Source: a virus (lineage: Duplodnaviria > Caudoviricetes). From it: DNA of 37,229 bases. The stretch spans positions 1-37,229 of the IMG/VR virus record IMGVR_UViG_3300005573_000182; one strand, 5' to 3'. Positions 28,146 to 36,508 of this stretch are shown here, piece by piece (position 1 is the stretch's first letter; every line of letters starts with the position of its first letter). The notes below the pieces were generated by a model. It ran no database searches. It saw only the letters and a list, made by a program, of their open reading frames with translations, and was not told the origin of the DNA. The translations under genes were made by a program, and so were the position numbers.

Positions 28146-29233
28146 TAGTGTCCCTTTATTATTTCGCTTATATGTCTGAAGCCGTTAGAGATGTATCCTG
28201 TTCGTGGTAAATCTTGATTTTTCGTATCTTTTTCATCATAACTTAAAGTATCACTTGAAATTTCTTGTTGCTGTTGTTTTACTTGTTGTTTTTCAATTAA
28301 ATGTTCGTAGTAGTTATAATCGTTTTGTTTGTATTGTATGATACACTGGGACATTTTGCGGTGGAAGTCACGTATAGTAGGGTTAACATCCTTGTTATGT
28401 TTAATATCGTATTCAACGAGTGTGAAATAACAATCTATGAGCCGTTTAAACAATCTCGTTGTTTTCTCTATATCTTGGTTCTCTTTATAATATCGTTTAT
28501 AATCGTGTTTCAACAAGTCAAACTCTACCTTGAACTCGCAATAATAACCCAAGTCAAAGATATACTTGTAAACTTTGTCAAAATACCGCAACAACTCTCG
28601 CACCGCTTCGTTCACCGCACGCTCGTTCTCGTCGGTAATTTCTTTCTTTTCTTTTTCTTTTAAGCATGATTTTAGATATATTTTAGTTTTCTTTTTCTTT
28701 TCTTTTTTATTAACAAGTTTAACAGGGTTACAAGTAGACAAGTTATTACTTGTATTACTTGTTACTTGCTGGTTATTATTTAAATTAAATAAAATATTAT
28801 ACAGCGAAGTCGCATCAAGAGGCGAAAAAGGTATACTTTTTATACCTTTTTCAGGTTCAAAAGGTATATTTTTTATACCTTTTTGGGTGTCATCAGGTAA
28901 AAAAGGTATACTTTTTATACCTTTTTCAGGTTCAAAAGGTATACTTTTTATACCTTTTTGGGTGTCATCAGGTAAAAAAGGTATACTTTTTATACCTTTT
29001 TGGTCTATATCATATTTAACAAAGAACTCAAGTGTGAATTGTTTTTTGTTTAAGATGCCACGTTTCTTTAATCGTTTTTTAACAAGTTTAGCACCAATGA
29101 TTGACATACCGCACATTTCTGCTATTTCTTTATTTTTCATTTTAGGGTTTAGCAGGAGTATTGCTATGATAATTTTTTCACCTGGACTTAACTCTTTATC
29201 TTTTAACACTTTTTCTGGGATTATTACGTTCAT
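28145..29233 (-). CDS. Replication initiator (lambda O-like layout) with N-terminal HTH
   Basis: LSPGEK...NKEIAEMCGMS...LKKRGIL; internal KGIKSIPF repeats encoded by iterons. Confidence 0.75.
   Translation of the reverse strand: MNVIIPEKVLKDKELSPGEKIIIAILLLNPKMKNKEIAEMCGMSIIGAKLVKKRLKKRGILNKKQFTLEFFVKYDIDQKGIKSIPFLPDDTQKGIKSIPFEPEKGIKSIPFLPDDTQKGIKNIPFEPEKGIKSIPFSPLDATSLYNILFNLNNNQQVTSNTSNNLSTCNPVKLVNKKEKKKKTKIYLKSCLKEKEKKEITDENERAVNEAVRELLRYFDKVYKYIFDLGYYCEFKVEFDLLKHDYKRYYKENQDIEKTTRLFKRLIDCYFTLVEYDIKHNKDVNPTIRDFHRKMSQCIIQYKQNDYNYYEHLIEKQQVKQQQQEISSDTLSYDEKDTKNQDLPRTGYISNGFRHISEIIKGH
28826..29000. repeat. Five palindromic iterons; probable replication origin
   Basis: AAAAGGTATA-N5-TATACCTTTT at 28826, 28859, 28901, 28934 and 28976; AT-rich tract adjacent (28640-28800). 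Confidence 0.85.
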
Positions 29234-29257
29234 AATTTTATACCCCCTTTTTTTGAA

Positions 29258-29653
29258 TTATTTTTTCTTACTTTCTTTTTCTTTCTGTTTCTTTATTTCT
29301 TTCAGATAACACTCTTTACACATTGTCCCGTATGCCCCGTGCCATATCTCATCTACATATCTTGAACAACGACCACATTTCAAATACAGGTCTTCGTTAT
29401 CAAAATATCCCTCTTTATACTTCTTCACTACCGCGTTTATAAACATCGTTGTATCACCTATCTTGTCATACACCTCTTTCATTTCGTTAATCCAGGGGGC
29501 ATATTTAACAAATATAGTAGCACGGCAGTCAGGACACAACCCTTTGTGATCCAAACTTCTCGGTGTCCATTCACGTTTACAACCTTGACATACCTTCCAG
29601 TCTTTTACTTTACCTTCCCACGTCTTGATATTTGATAATATTATTTCTTTCAT
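29258..29653 (-). CDS. Cys-rich protein with four CxxC
   Basis: CQGC, CPDC, CGRC and CKEC; AAGGAGGTG SD. Confidence 0.65.
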   Translation of the reverse strand: MKEIILSNIKTWEGKVKDWKVCQGCKREWTPRSLDHKGLCPDCRATIFVKYAPWINEMKEVYDKIGDTTMFINAVVKKYKEGYFDNEDLYLKCGRCSRYVDEIWHGAYGTMCKECYLKEIKKQKEKESKKK

Positions 29654-29789
29654 TCTTTCTCACCTCCTTTTTCTTAAATTTTGGACAAGACAATATTGTT
29701 ATATATTGTTTTTTTATATAAAAACTTCTTAAACTACACTCTTTATTGTCACATTTAGCACATAAACTATAACTATATTTTTGTTTCAT
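29610..29789 (-). CDS. 59-aa Cys-containing protein (not in ORF track)
   Basis: MKQKYSYSLCAKCDNKEC...CPKF; starts 2 nt after the methyltransferase stop. Confidence 0.5.
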   Translation of the reverse strand: MKQKYSYSLCAKCDNKECSLRSFYIKKQYITILSCPKFKKKEVRKNERNNIIKYQDVGR

Positions 29790-29791
29790 AT

Positions 29792-31186
29792 CTAAAACAA
29801 ACCCAATTGTTTATCTTCTTTAACCGCTCTCAACCTTGCTCTTGCTATCTCTACATATTCTGCTTCTTTTTCTATACCTATAAACCTAAACCCCAACTTC
29901 TTGCACGCTATACAAGTTGTTCCTGAACCTGCAAACGGGTCAAGGACAAGACCGCCAGGTGGTGTTACAAGTTTGACAAGGTATTCAAGTAAACGCAAGG
30001 GTTTCACTGTTGGATGGTTGTTCCTTATCAAGTTGTTTCTTACATTACCTGAACCTGTCAACAACGACTGGTCTTCAGTTCCTTTCATCCCACCACCTTT
30101 CTTTAACGGCAAGTTTTCTAAACCCATATCTCGTTCTTTACGGCTTGCTTTCGCACAATAAAAAAAACGAGAGGCATTTATTCCACTTTGTTTATCTAAC
30201 ATATAACAAACGCATTGGGGGTTAGTATGGATAACCCCCGACTTTATATCATTATAATTACTTGGGGCTTGTGGTTGAATGTTTTTGATAAATCCTTCAA
30301 CTTGATATGTTTTTCCTTTATAAGAATAAGAATAAGGTTTCTTTTCTTCTTTCCTTTCTATCACCTCATCACAAATACACTCTAAAATAACATTGGCAGG
30401 AAACCTTCCCTGTGATGTGTAATAATTCTTGATACTACCTCTGTCAGGTTCACCACCAGCAAAAGTTCCAGCAGGAGCGTGATGTATTACAACTTTCTCT
30501 TGACCAACACGACACGCATCAATGTTTATCCCACCAGTCCCCCATTTCAAAACATTCAACGCAACATTACGTTCACTTAATGGTTTCCTTGCTACAACAA
30601 TTGGTTCATACGCAGGTTTGAGTGCTGTGCCCCACCCTTCCCACTTCTTCGCAATATCTTCTGTAATCTCATATTTTCTTCTCTCTACATTTGTATAATC
30701 TTTAGGTCTATATCCTTGTTCAAAGTTTAACTTATGAAAATACAACGCACCTTTTGAATTATCACCAATGCTGTTCAATGATGCCTTGCCTTCTTTCAAC
30801 AATCTGTCTATACTCTTGGCTATGTTCAACGATTTAGGAAAGCCACTTGAATATAACCATATAATACAATCTCGTATTTCAAACCCCGCATCTTCAATCC
30901 CGCATACCATCCTGTGATAAGTTCTCGTCCCACCAAACGCCAAGAGATACCCGCCTGGTTTCAACACACGCAAAACTTCACTCGCCCACCTCCTTGTCCA
31001 CTCTTGGTATTTCTGTAAATCTGTCCCAAAACTATCCCATTCCTTACCCATAAAAGATAATCCATATGGTTATGGAGGGTCGGTAATTATCGTGTCGACT
31101 GAATTTTCAGGAATCTTCTTCATAACCTGAATACAGTCGCCACAGATAATCCGACCCAAATACTCCTTTATGTTATTTTGTTCCAT
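29792..31186 (-). CDS. N6A/N4C DNA methyltransferase (beta class) interrupted by an in-frame TAA at the DPPY motif
   Basis: AAGGAG SD, ATG 31186, IICGDCIQVMKKIPENSVDTIITDPP*PYGLSFMGKEW...RVLKPGG...HPTVKP...VLDPFAGSGTT; stop at 31072-31070. Confidence 0.85.
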
Positions 31187-31310
31187 AATGTCTCCTTAAA
31201 TGACATTTCAGACATAAAGTTATTAAATTAGATTTATCGTTATTTTGACATTTTTTATATACCTTTTTATAAAACACTTTTTTACATACTGGACAAATAT
31301 GTTTTTCCAT
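31175..31310 (-). pseudogene. Internally deleted HNH endonuclease relic
   Basis: MEKHICPVCKKCF... followed in another frame by NNDKSNLITLCLKCHLRRH, an HNH C-terminal signature. Confidence 0.6.
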
Positions 31311-31317
31311 AAACTAA

Positions 31318-31434
31318 TTACACTATATCTAAATTAAAACTTATTGTATCAATACAATTATCAGGCAAGTTTTTTAGAACCTCAAAACAATCACCTTCTA
31401 TAATCTTGTTAATGTAATCTTCTAACTTGTTCAT
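31318..31434 (-). pseudogene. Truncated second DNA methyltransferase N-terminus
   Basis: GAGGT SD; MNKLEDYINKIIEGDCFEVLKNLPDNCIDTI then SFNLDIV*; similarity ends just before the expected TDPPY. Confidence 0.7.
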
Positions 31435-31435
31435 A

Positions 31436-31591
31436 TTACCTCTTAACACGTTTTCTTAAAATTAAACTTACATACTTGTCTTTACAAGGATAAGAACAAG
31501 TTTTACCGCCTCCATATTTTAACCTGCTTGCTAAAACATAAAATTCTTTACCACAAATTTTACATTTACGTTTTACATACTTGTTTTTCAC
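31436..31591 (-). CDS. 51-aa treble-clef Zn-finger protein (not in ORF track)
   Basis: GTG start; CKICGKEF...TCSYPC. Confidence 0.6.
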   Translation of the reverse strand: MKNKYVKRKCKICGKEFYVLASRLKYGGGKTCSYPCKDKYVSLILRKRVKR

Positions 31592-31793
31592 GTTTTTTAC
31601 TCCAATATTTTTTGATACGTTCTAAAAACGCATTGACATATTTTCTTTTTCTGTAGAGCCAGGACAGGTATGTTTTGAAACAAGAGCGAGAGCAGAGAGG
31701 GACTTTTGCGTAATAGCGGTAGGCGACAAAAGGACGTTGACAGATAAAACATTTATACAATGATTTACCTTTTAAATTCCATTTTCGTTTCAT
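31566..31793 (-). CDS. Treble-clef Zn-finger protein, probably leaderless
   Basis: CFICQRPF...LCSRSC; ATG 7 nt downstream of a -10 box. Confidence 0.6.
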   Translation of the reverse strand: MKRKWNLKGKSLYKCFICQRPFVAYRYYAKVPLCSRSCFKTYLSWLYRKRKYVNAFLERIKKYWSKKREKQVCKT

Positions 31794-31800
31794 TAACAAA

Positions 31801-31829
31801 AATTTACAAAATTAAATTTTGTTTGTCAA
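31801..31829 (-). promoter_or_regulatory. Sigma70 promoter for leftward operon
   Basis: TTGACA (31829-31824)-17 bp-TAAATT (31806-31801). Confidence 0.7.
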
Positions 31830-31840
31830 GAGGTTTTAAA

Positions 31841-31897
31841 AAAAATTTTTTAATCAGTTGTTTTTAAATAAAAAATTTGTTTTATAAATTAACTATG
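31841..31897 (+). promoter_or_regulatory. Putative late promoter, leaderless, copy 2
   Basis: Same 20-bp box and identical spacing to ATG as 2947-3003. Confidence 0.7.
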
Positions 31898-32317
31898 AAG
31901 GACAAAGAGATAGTTATAATTGATGATGAGAAAAAAAGTGAAGTAAAGATAAACAAGAAGAAAGGCGTGTTTGAAAATTTTTGTAATTTATATTTGTTGT
32001 ATGATGGTGATGTGAAGAAGGTTTGTGAGATGTTAGGTGTGAATGAGAAAGAGATTTATAAGCAGATAGTTCAAGATGTGGCGAAACGGCGTAAGTTTTT
32101 ACAGGTAAAAAAAATTTTGTTGTTAAAAAAGACAGAAGATTTAGAAAAAGATTTGTTAAAGACGGCGAAGATACGAGAGCAGTTAGGTATGTTTTTTTTG
32201 AAAACAGCGTTCCCTGATATTTACCAAGAACAAAAAGCAAGACGTCCGTTAACATTAAAATTTATTTCCAAGATAAGAGACAAGACAATAGATATTCCAA
32301 ACTTTGATGAAGAATGA
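31895..32317 (+). CDS. terS: Terminase small subunit (putative)
   Basis: Immediately upstream of and overlapping terL; HTH-like VKKVCEMLGV; FFLK motif. Confidence 0.65.
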   Translation: MKDKEIVIIDDEKKSEVKINKKKGVFENFCNLYLLYDGDVKKVCEMLGVNEKEIYKQIVQDVAKRRKFLQVKKILLLKKTEDLEKDLLKTAKIREQLGMFFLKTAFPDIYQEQKARRPLTLKFISKIRDKTIDIPNFDEE

Positions 32318-33606
32318 CAGAAGTAATTTTATCAACTTATGAGCCGTTACCAAAACAACTTGAATTTCATAAATGTAAAGCAAAATATAGATGTTTTATA
32401 GGCGGTTTTGGAGCAGGGAAAACTTTATGTGGTGTTTGGGAAGCAATACAATTGTGTGTAGACGAACCTGGTAATATAATTTTAATAGCAAGGAAGACAT
32501 ATCAAGAGTTGACAGATACAACGTGGAACACGTTGTTAGAAGTTATACCTGAAGAACTTGTTTATCAATATTATAGAAAACAATTAAGGTTAGTTTTACG
32601 TAATGGCTCACAAATAATAGGACGTTCGCTTGACGATCCGAAGAAATATGCTTCTTTGAATTTAGGAGCGTTTTATATTGATGAAGGTATGGAAGCAACA
32701 GAACAAGATTTTTTAACATTGTGTGGTAGGTTAAGGTTAGACAGAGTTAAACATCATTGCGGTTATATAACAACTAACCCGCCTACTATAGACCACTGGA
32801 TATACGAATATTTTGTTAAACGCAACGATCCTAATTATGTATTGATACGTTCTTCTACTTACGATAATTCTTATTTACCAAAAGATTATGTAGAAAATTT
32901 AGCAAAAGAATATCCAGATAGTTGGCGTAAGAGATATTTAGAAGGTGAGTTTGGTTTTGTATTACAAGGCGACCCTGTATTTCCATCGTTTAAAGAAAGT
33001 TTGCACGTTGACCCTGAAATAAGGTTCAACCCGTTTAAACCTGTAATACGAGGTTGGGATTTTGGCTGGCATCATCCAGCAGTAGTGTTTTTACAAATAC
33101 AAGATAACAATATAATAATATTGGATGAATATATGGGTAACAAAATTTATTTACACGATTTTGTAAAACAAATTATACAATATTCAAACCAACAATTTCC
33201 AAACGCTTCGTTTATGGACTATTGTGATATAGCAGGTAAACAAAAAAAAGATACTTCTACAATGACTTCTATAGAAATTTTGATTTCTTATGGTATCCGT
33301 CCTTTATACAAATTTAGTGAAGTAGCAGAGGGTATAGAAATTATTAACAAACTTCTATCAACACTCACGCCTGAAGGTAAACCAATGTTACGTTTCCATC
33401 CTAAATGTCAACATTTGATTAACGCTTTCAACGGCGGGTATTGTTACCAAAAAAAAGAAAATAAAGTTGAACCTGTGCCATATAAAGATGGTTTTTATGA
33501 ACACGTTGTTGATGCTTTACGTTATGCAATTATAAATCTTTATACAAACACGTCTGAACAAAAACGTAAATTTAGTGAACTTAAAATACAACAACTTTAT
33601 TATTAA
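32314..33606 (+). CDS. terL: Terminase large subunit
   Basis: Q motif PKQLEFH, Walker A GGFGAGKT, Walker B FYIDE, TTNP, nuclease GWDFG...HVVDALRY. Confidence 0.95.
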   Translation: MTEVILSTYEPLPKQLEFHKCKAKYRCFIGGFGAGKTLCGVWEAIQLCVDEPGNIILIARKTYQELTDTTWNTLLEVIPEELVYQYYRKQLRLVLRNGSQIIGRSLDDPKKYASLNLGAFYIDEGMEATEQDFLTLCGRLRLDRVKHHCGYITTNPPTIDHWIYEYFVKRNDPNYVLIRSSTYDNSYLPKDYVENLAKEYPDSWRKRYLEGEFGFVLQGDPVFPSFKESLHVDPEIRFNPFKPVIRGWDFGWHHPAVVFLQIQDNNIIILDEYMGNKIYLHDFVKQIIQYSNQQFPNASFMDYCDIAGKQKKDTSTMTSIEILISYGIRPLYKFSEVAEGIEIINKLLSTLTPEGKPMLRFHPKCQHLINAFNGGYCYQKKENKVEPVPYKDGFYEHVVDALRYAIINLYTNTSEQKRKFSELKIQQLYY

Positions 33607-33612
33607 AAGGAG

Positions 33613-34296
33613 GTGAAACAAAAAATGAAAAAAATATTATGGATAATAACAATGTTGATACTCGTCACACATCTTTTTTCACAACCTAAAACATATTCAA
33701 ATTATATTCAATGGGTAAGACCTGTTTCTACAATAACTGTTAATGGTGATATAAAAGTTGATTTTCCAGAAGTTCAAGTTGTTAGCGGAACGGTAAGCGT
33801 TGACAACTTTCCTTCAGTATACATCACCAGTGGAGTAGTAAGTGTTGACAACTTTCCTTCATTGTATATCACAAGTGGAACAACAAGTTTGAATGATAGT
33901 GTGTTAAATAGAGTAGTAATAAGGAATGCTTCACCAGATAGAAACTTAAACGTTAATACTTATAACGGGATAGATGTAAGGTTAATGAATAACACTGGCA
34001 CGTTAATCAGTGATACATATCCACTTCCAGTTAATTATTCAATTTTTACTTCAAGTTATGTTGAAATAAATATAACTAATGGTGTAGTAAAATCAAGCAG
34101 TGGTTATTTGAAAAATGTTATTATAGGGACGGCTGGTAGCGGGTCAAGTTTAGTAATAAACGATGGTAGTAAAAAAATAGCAGAAATTGATACAAATTCA
34201 GTAAGAACTATAAACTTTGATACAAATTTTACAACAAACTTAACAATAACAACTACTGGAGTAACACCAGCAAAAATAACGATTGTTTATAAATGA
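33613..34296 (+). CDS. Signal-peptide-bearing beta-rich protein
   Basis: MKKILWIITMLILVTHLFSQ; tandem VSVDNFPS(V/L)YITSG repeat with 45-bp period. Confidence 0.65.
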   Translation: MKQKMKKILWIITMLILVTHLFSQPKTYSNYIQWVRPVSTITVNGDIKVDFPEVQVVSGTVSVDNFPSVYITSGVVSVDNFPSLYITSGTTSLNDSVLNRVVIRNASPDRNLNVNTYNGIDVRLMNNTGTLISDTYPLPVNYSIFTSSYVEINITNGVVKSSSGYLKNVIIGTAGSGSSLVINDGSKKIAEIDTNSVRTINFDTNFTTNLTITTTGVTPAKITIVYK

Positions 34297-34811
34297 AAAA
34301 AATATTTTTGTTAATAAACTTTTTAGCAATAAACATCTTTTGTCAGTTTTGGTATGTTGAAATTTTAGATTTAAAACGTTTAGACGTATATTTTTTGCCA
34401 CAACAAAGTAATGATTATAAAGATGTTTTGAAAAGTGATTTAGAAAATATCCAAAACAAAAATGTTTATATAGCGATATATTCGTTTACTGATGTTGATA
34501 TAGCGTCAGCAGTAGTGAAAGCAGTTCAAAATGGTTGTAATGTGTATTTGATAACAGATCCAACACAAGCAGGTTCAACAAGTTTAGATGAATGGTTAGA
34601 AAGTCAAGGTGTTCAAGTTAAAAGAAAGAGGTCAGCAAGTTCGTTTATGCACGACAAATATGTTGTTATAGAAGACGAAATTTTGTGGACAGGTTCAGCG
34701 AATTTTACTACGTCAGCATTAAATCAAGATAATAATATGATAAGGTTCAACAATTTTAGCGAGTTAAACAAGTTATATAAGGAGAAATTTCTGTGGCTAT
34801 GGAACAAATAA
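34293..34811 (+). CDS. Phospholipase D-family (Nuc-like) enzyme with signal-like N-terminus
   Basis: IAIYSFTD...MHDKYVVIED...WTGSANFT...NN; single HKD-type motif. Confidence 0.85.
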   Translation: MKKIFLLINFLAINIFCQFWYVEILDLKRLDVYFLPQQSNDYKDVLKSDLENIQNKNVYIAIYSFTDVDIASAVVKAVQNGCNVYLITDPTQAGSTSLDEWLESQGVQVKRKRSASSFMHDKYVVIEDEILWTGSANFTTSALNQDNNMIRFNNFSELNKLYKEKFLWLWNK

Positions 34812-35026
34812 CAGGTTTAATACCATTTTTGATTGGTGTTATATTTAGTGCGGGCGTTTTTTATGGGACTACTAACGGCAAGTTTAGGCAACAAAAAAAT
34901 TTTAATGATGAGATATTACTTAAAATAGATAAAATGAATTCAAAAATAGATGATATACAAAAAGACATTAAAAATATTATAGAACGTATTGCTTATTTAG
35001 AAGGTAAAATAAATAATGTTGAATAG
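34793..35026 (+). CDS. Membrane protein with coiled coil (lysis module)
   Basis: One N-terminal TM segment, then a coiled coil ending ERIAYLEG. Confidence 0.6.
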   Translation: MAMEQITGLIPFLIGVIFSAGVFYGTTNGKFRQQKNFNDEILLKIDKMNSKIDDIQKDIKNIIERIAYLEGKINNVE

Positions 35027-35186
35027 ATTTTTATATTGGTTAAAAGAATTTTTATGGATAATAGACGAATGGATATGGATTATAAGAACAAGTGTAAGAT
35101 TAGACCTTATAATTTTTATTTTAAATCTTATAATTTTATTTTTCGTGATTAAAATTTATCTTATTTTACAACAGGCAGTAAAATGA
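35016..35186 (+). CDS. 56-aa membrane protein (not in ORF track)
   Basis: MLNRFLYWLKEFLW...LIIFILNLIILFFVIKIYLILQQAVK*; stop overlaps the next ATG. Confidence 0.55.
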   Translation: MLNRFLYWLKEFLWIIDEWIWIIRTSVRLDLIIFILNLIILFFVIKIYLILQQAVK

Positions 35187-35452
35187 ATATTATAGACAAA
35201 TTTAAACTTTTATTCAAGATTAAAAAAAGTATAGACGAAATTAAAACAAAAGCACAGGAGGTAAAAACTATGAATGGACAAGTTAAACCAGGTTGGAAAA
35301 CAACAGAGTTCTGGCTTGTTGTTATAACACAAATACATACTATTGTTGAAACATTAAAAGGTAGTATTGACCCTGTTTTAGCAACTGCAATTCTTGCAGG
35401 ATTAGATTGTATATACGCAATATTAAGATATTTAGCCAAAAAAAATGGTTAA
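35183..35452 (+). CDS. Putative holin
   Basis: KPGWKTTEFWL followed by two hydrophobic segments and a basic tail; directly before the endolysin. Confidence 0.65.
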   Translation: MNIIDKFKLLFKIKKSIDEIKTKAQEVKTMNGQVKPGWKTTEFWLVVITQIHTIVETLKGSIDPVLATAILAGLDCIYAILRYLAKKNG

Positions 35453-35924
35453 AGTATTAACTTACGAAGAAAAAGTAAAATTGTTTGGTGACCCAAAACC
35501 TAAACCTGCGGACAAAGAAGGGTATGCTATACTTGATAAAGAGTTTTTAGAAAATATAAAGATGTTTGAATTCCCTATAATTGGCAAGTATATGTTTCAC
35601 GTAAAAGTGTTTTCTCAATTGTTGAAAACGTTAGAACAGATTAAAGAAGCGGGTTTAGATAAAGAAATAGATGTTGAGAAAACAAGACAAGTAGGTGGGA
35701 CGTTTGTTCCGAGATACCAACGATGGTCGTCAAGATACCCGCTTTCTTCACACGCATTTGGTATAGCAATAGATATGTTTTCTGTTGGTAGTGATGGGTC
35801 AATAGAGAAAACAAAATGGTCAAAAAAATTTGTTAAAATTTTTGAACAGAACGGGTTTGTTTGGGGCGGTAATTTTAAGAGTTTTTATGACCCGATACAT
35901 TTTGAGATAAACAGAGTGTTATGA
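35445..35924 (+). CDS. Endolysin, peptidase M15 family
   Basis: R...SSHAFGIAID...GFVWGG...DPIHFE. Confidence 0.9.
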   Translation: MVKVLTYEEKVKLFGDPKPKPADKEGYAILDKEFLENIKMFEFPIIGKYMFHVKVFSQLLKTLEQIKEAGLDKEIDVEKTRQVGGTFVPRYQRWSSRYPLSSHAFGIAIDMFSVGSDGSIEKTKWSKKFVKIFEQNGFVWGGNFKSFYDPIHFEINRVL

Positions 35925-36508
35925 AATATTATTTTAGTTCAGATTTTGTAGCAAACGAAATGTTGAACAAAGAAGCGGTATTAGATAAACATATTAAAAA
36001 TGCGACTTATTGTGAAAACATCAATTTTGATTTTGTAGATCCTGCGTATTACCAATTTAGTTTAGATAAAAAAGAGAAAATAAAAGAAATATGGTTGTTT
36101 TTCAAATTTTATAAAATTGCTAATACAGACGATATTGTTTGTGCTGTATCATTGTTTAACGATGATTGGTCAGAAAGAATTAGTTATGTTACAAAAAGTT
36201 TTAATTTTCTTAATGGTAAAAACTATATTGTTTTAACAAAATACGATTTTTCAGAAATTGAAACACAAAATGTTGAAATAAGGTTTATTTTTAGTGGTGA
36301 ACAAATACACGTTGATAAAGTAAGGTTAGAACTTAATTGTGTTGGTATAAACGAAAAGATATACGCTCCAATAGTGGAACAAGATGAGATTGTTTTAGCG
36401 GAATACGTGCCAGCGTATCAAGAGCCGATATACCAAGAGATATATTGGGGGTCGTTTGGTTGGGGCGATTTTGGAGAAACATTTTTTGGACAAGGTATTA
36501 AAAGATGA
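35921..36508 (+). CDS. Hypothetical, probably virion-associated protein
   Basis: Coupled ORF; aromatic C-terminus WGSFGWGDFGETFFG. Confidence 0.55.
   Translation: MKYYFSSDFVANEMLNKEAVLDKHIKNATYCENINFDFVDPAYYQFSLDKKEKIKEIWLFFKFYKIANTDDIVCAVSLFNDDWSERISYVTKSFNFLNGKNYIVLTKYDFSEIETQNVEIRFIFSGEQIHVDKVRLELNCVGINEKIYAPIVEQDEIVLAEYVPAYQEPIYQEIYWGSFGWGDFGETFFGQGIKR

Noticed and set aside
31070-31072. Genome-wide stop-codon reassignment or simple readthrough
   Set aside because: TAA ends many genes normally, and readthrough would give DPPxPY rather than DPPY.
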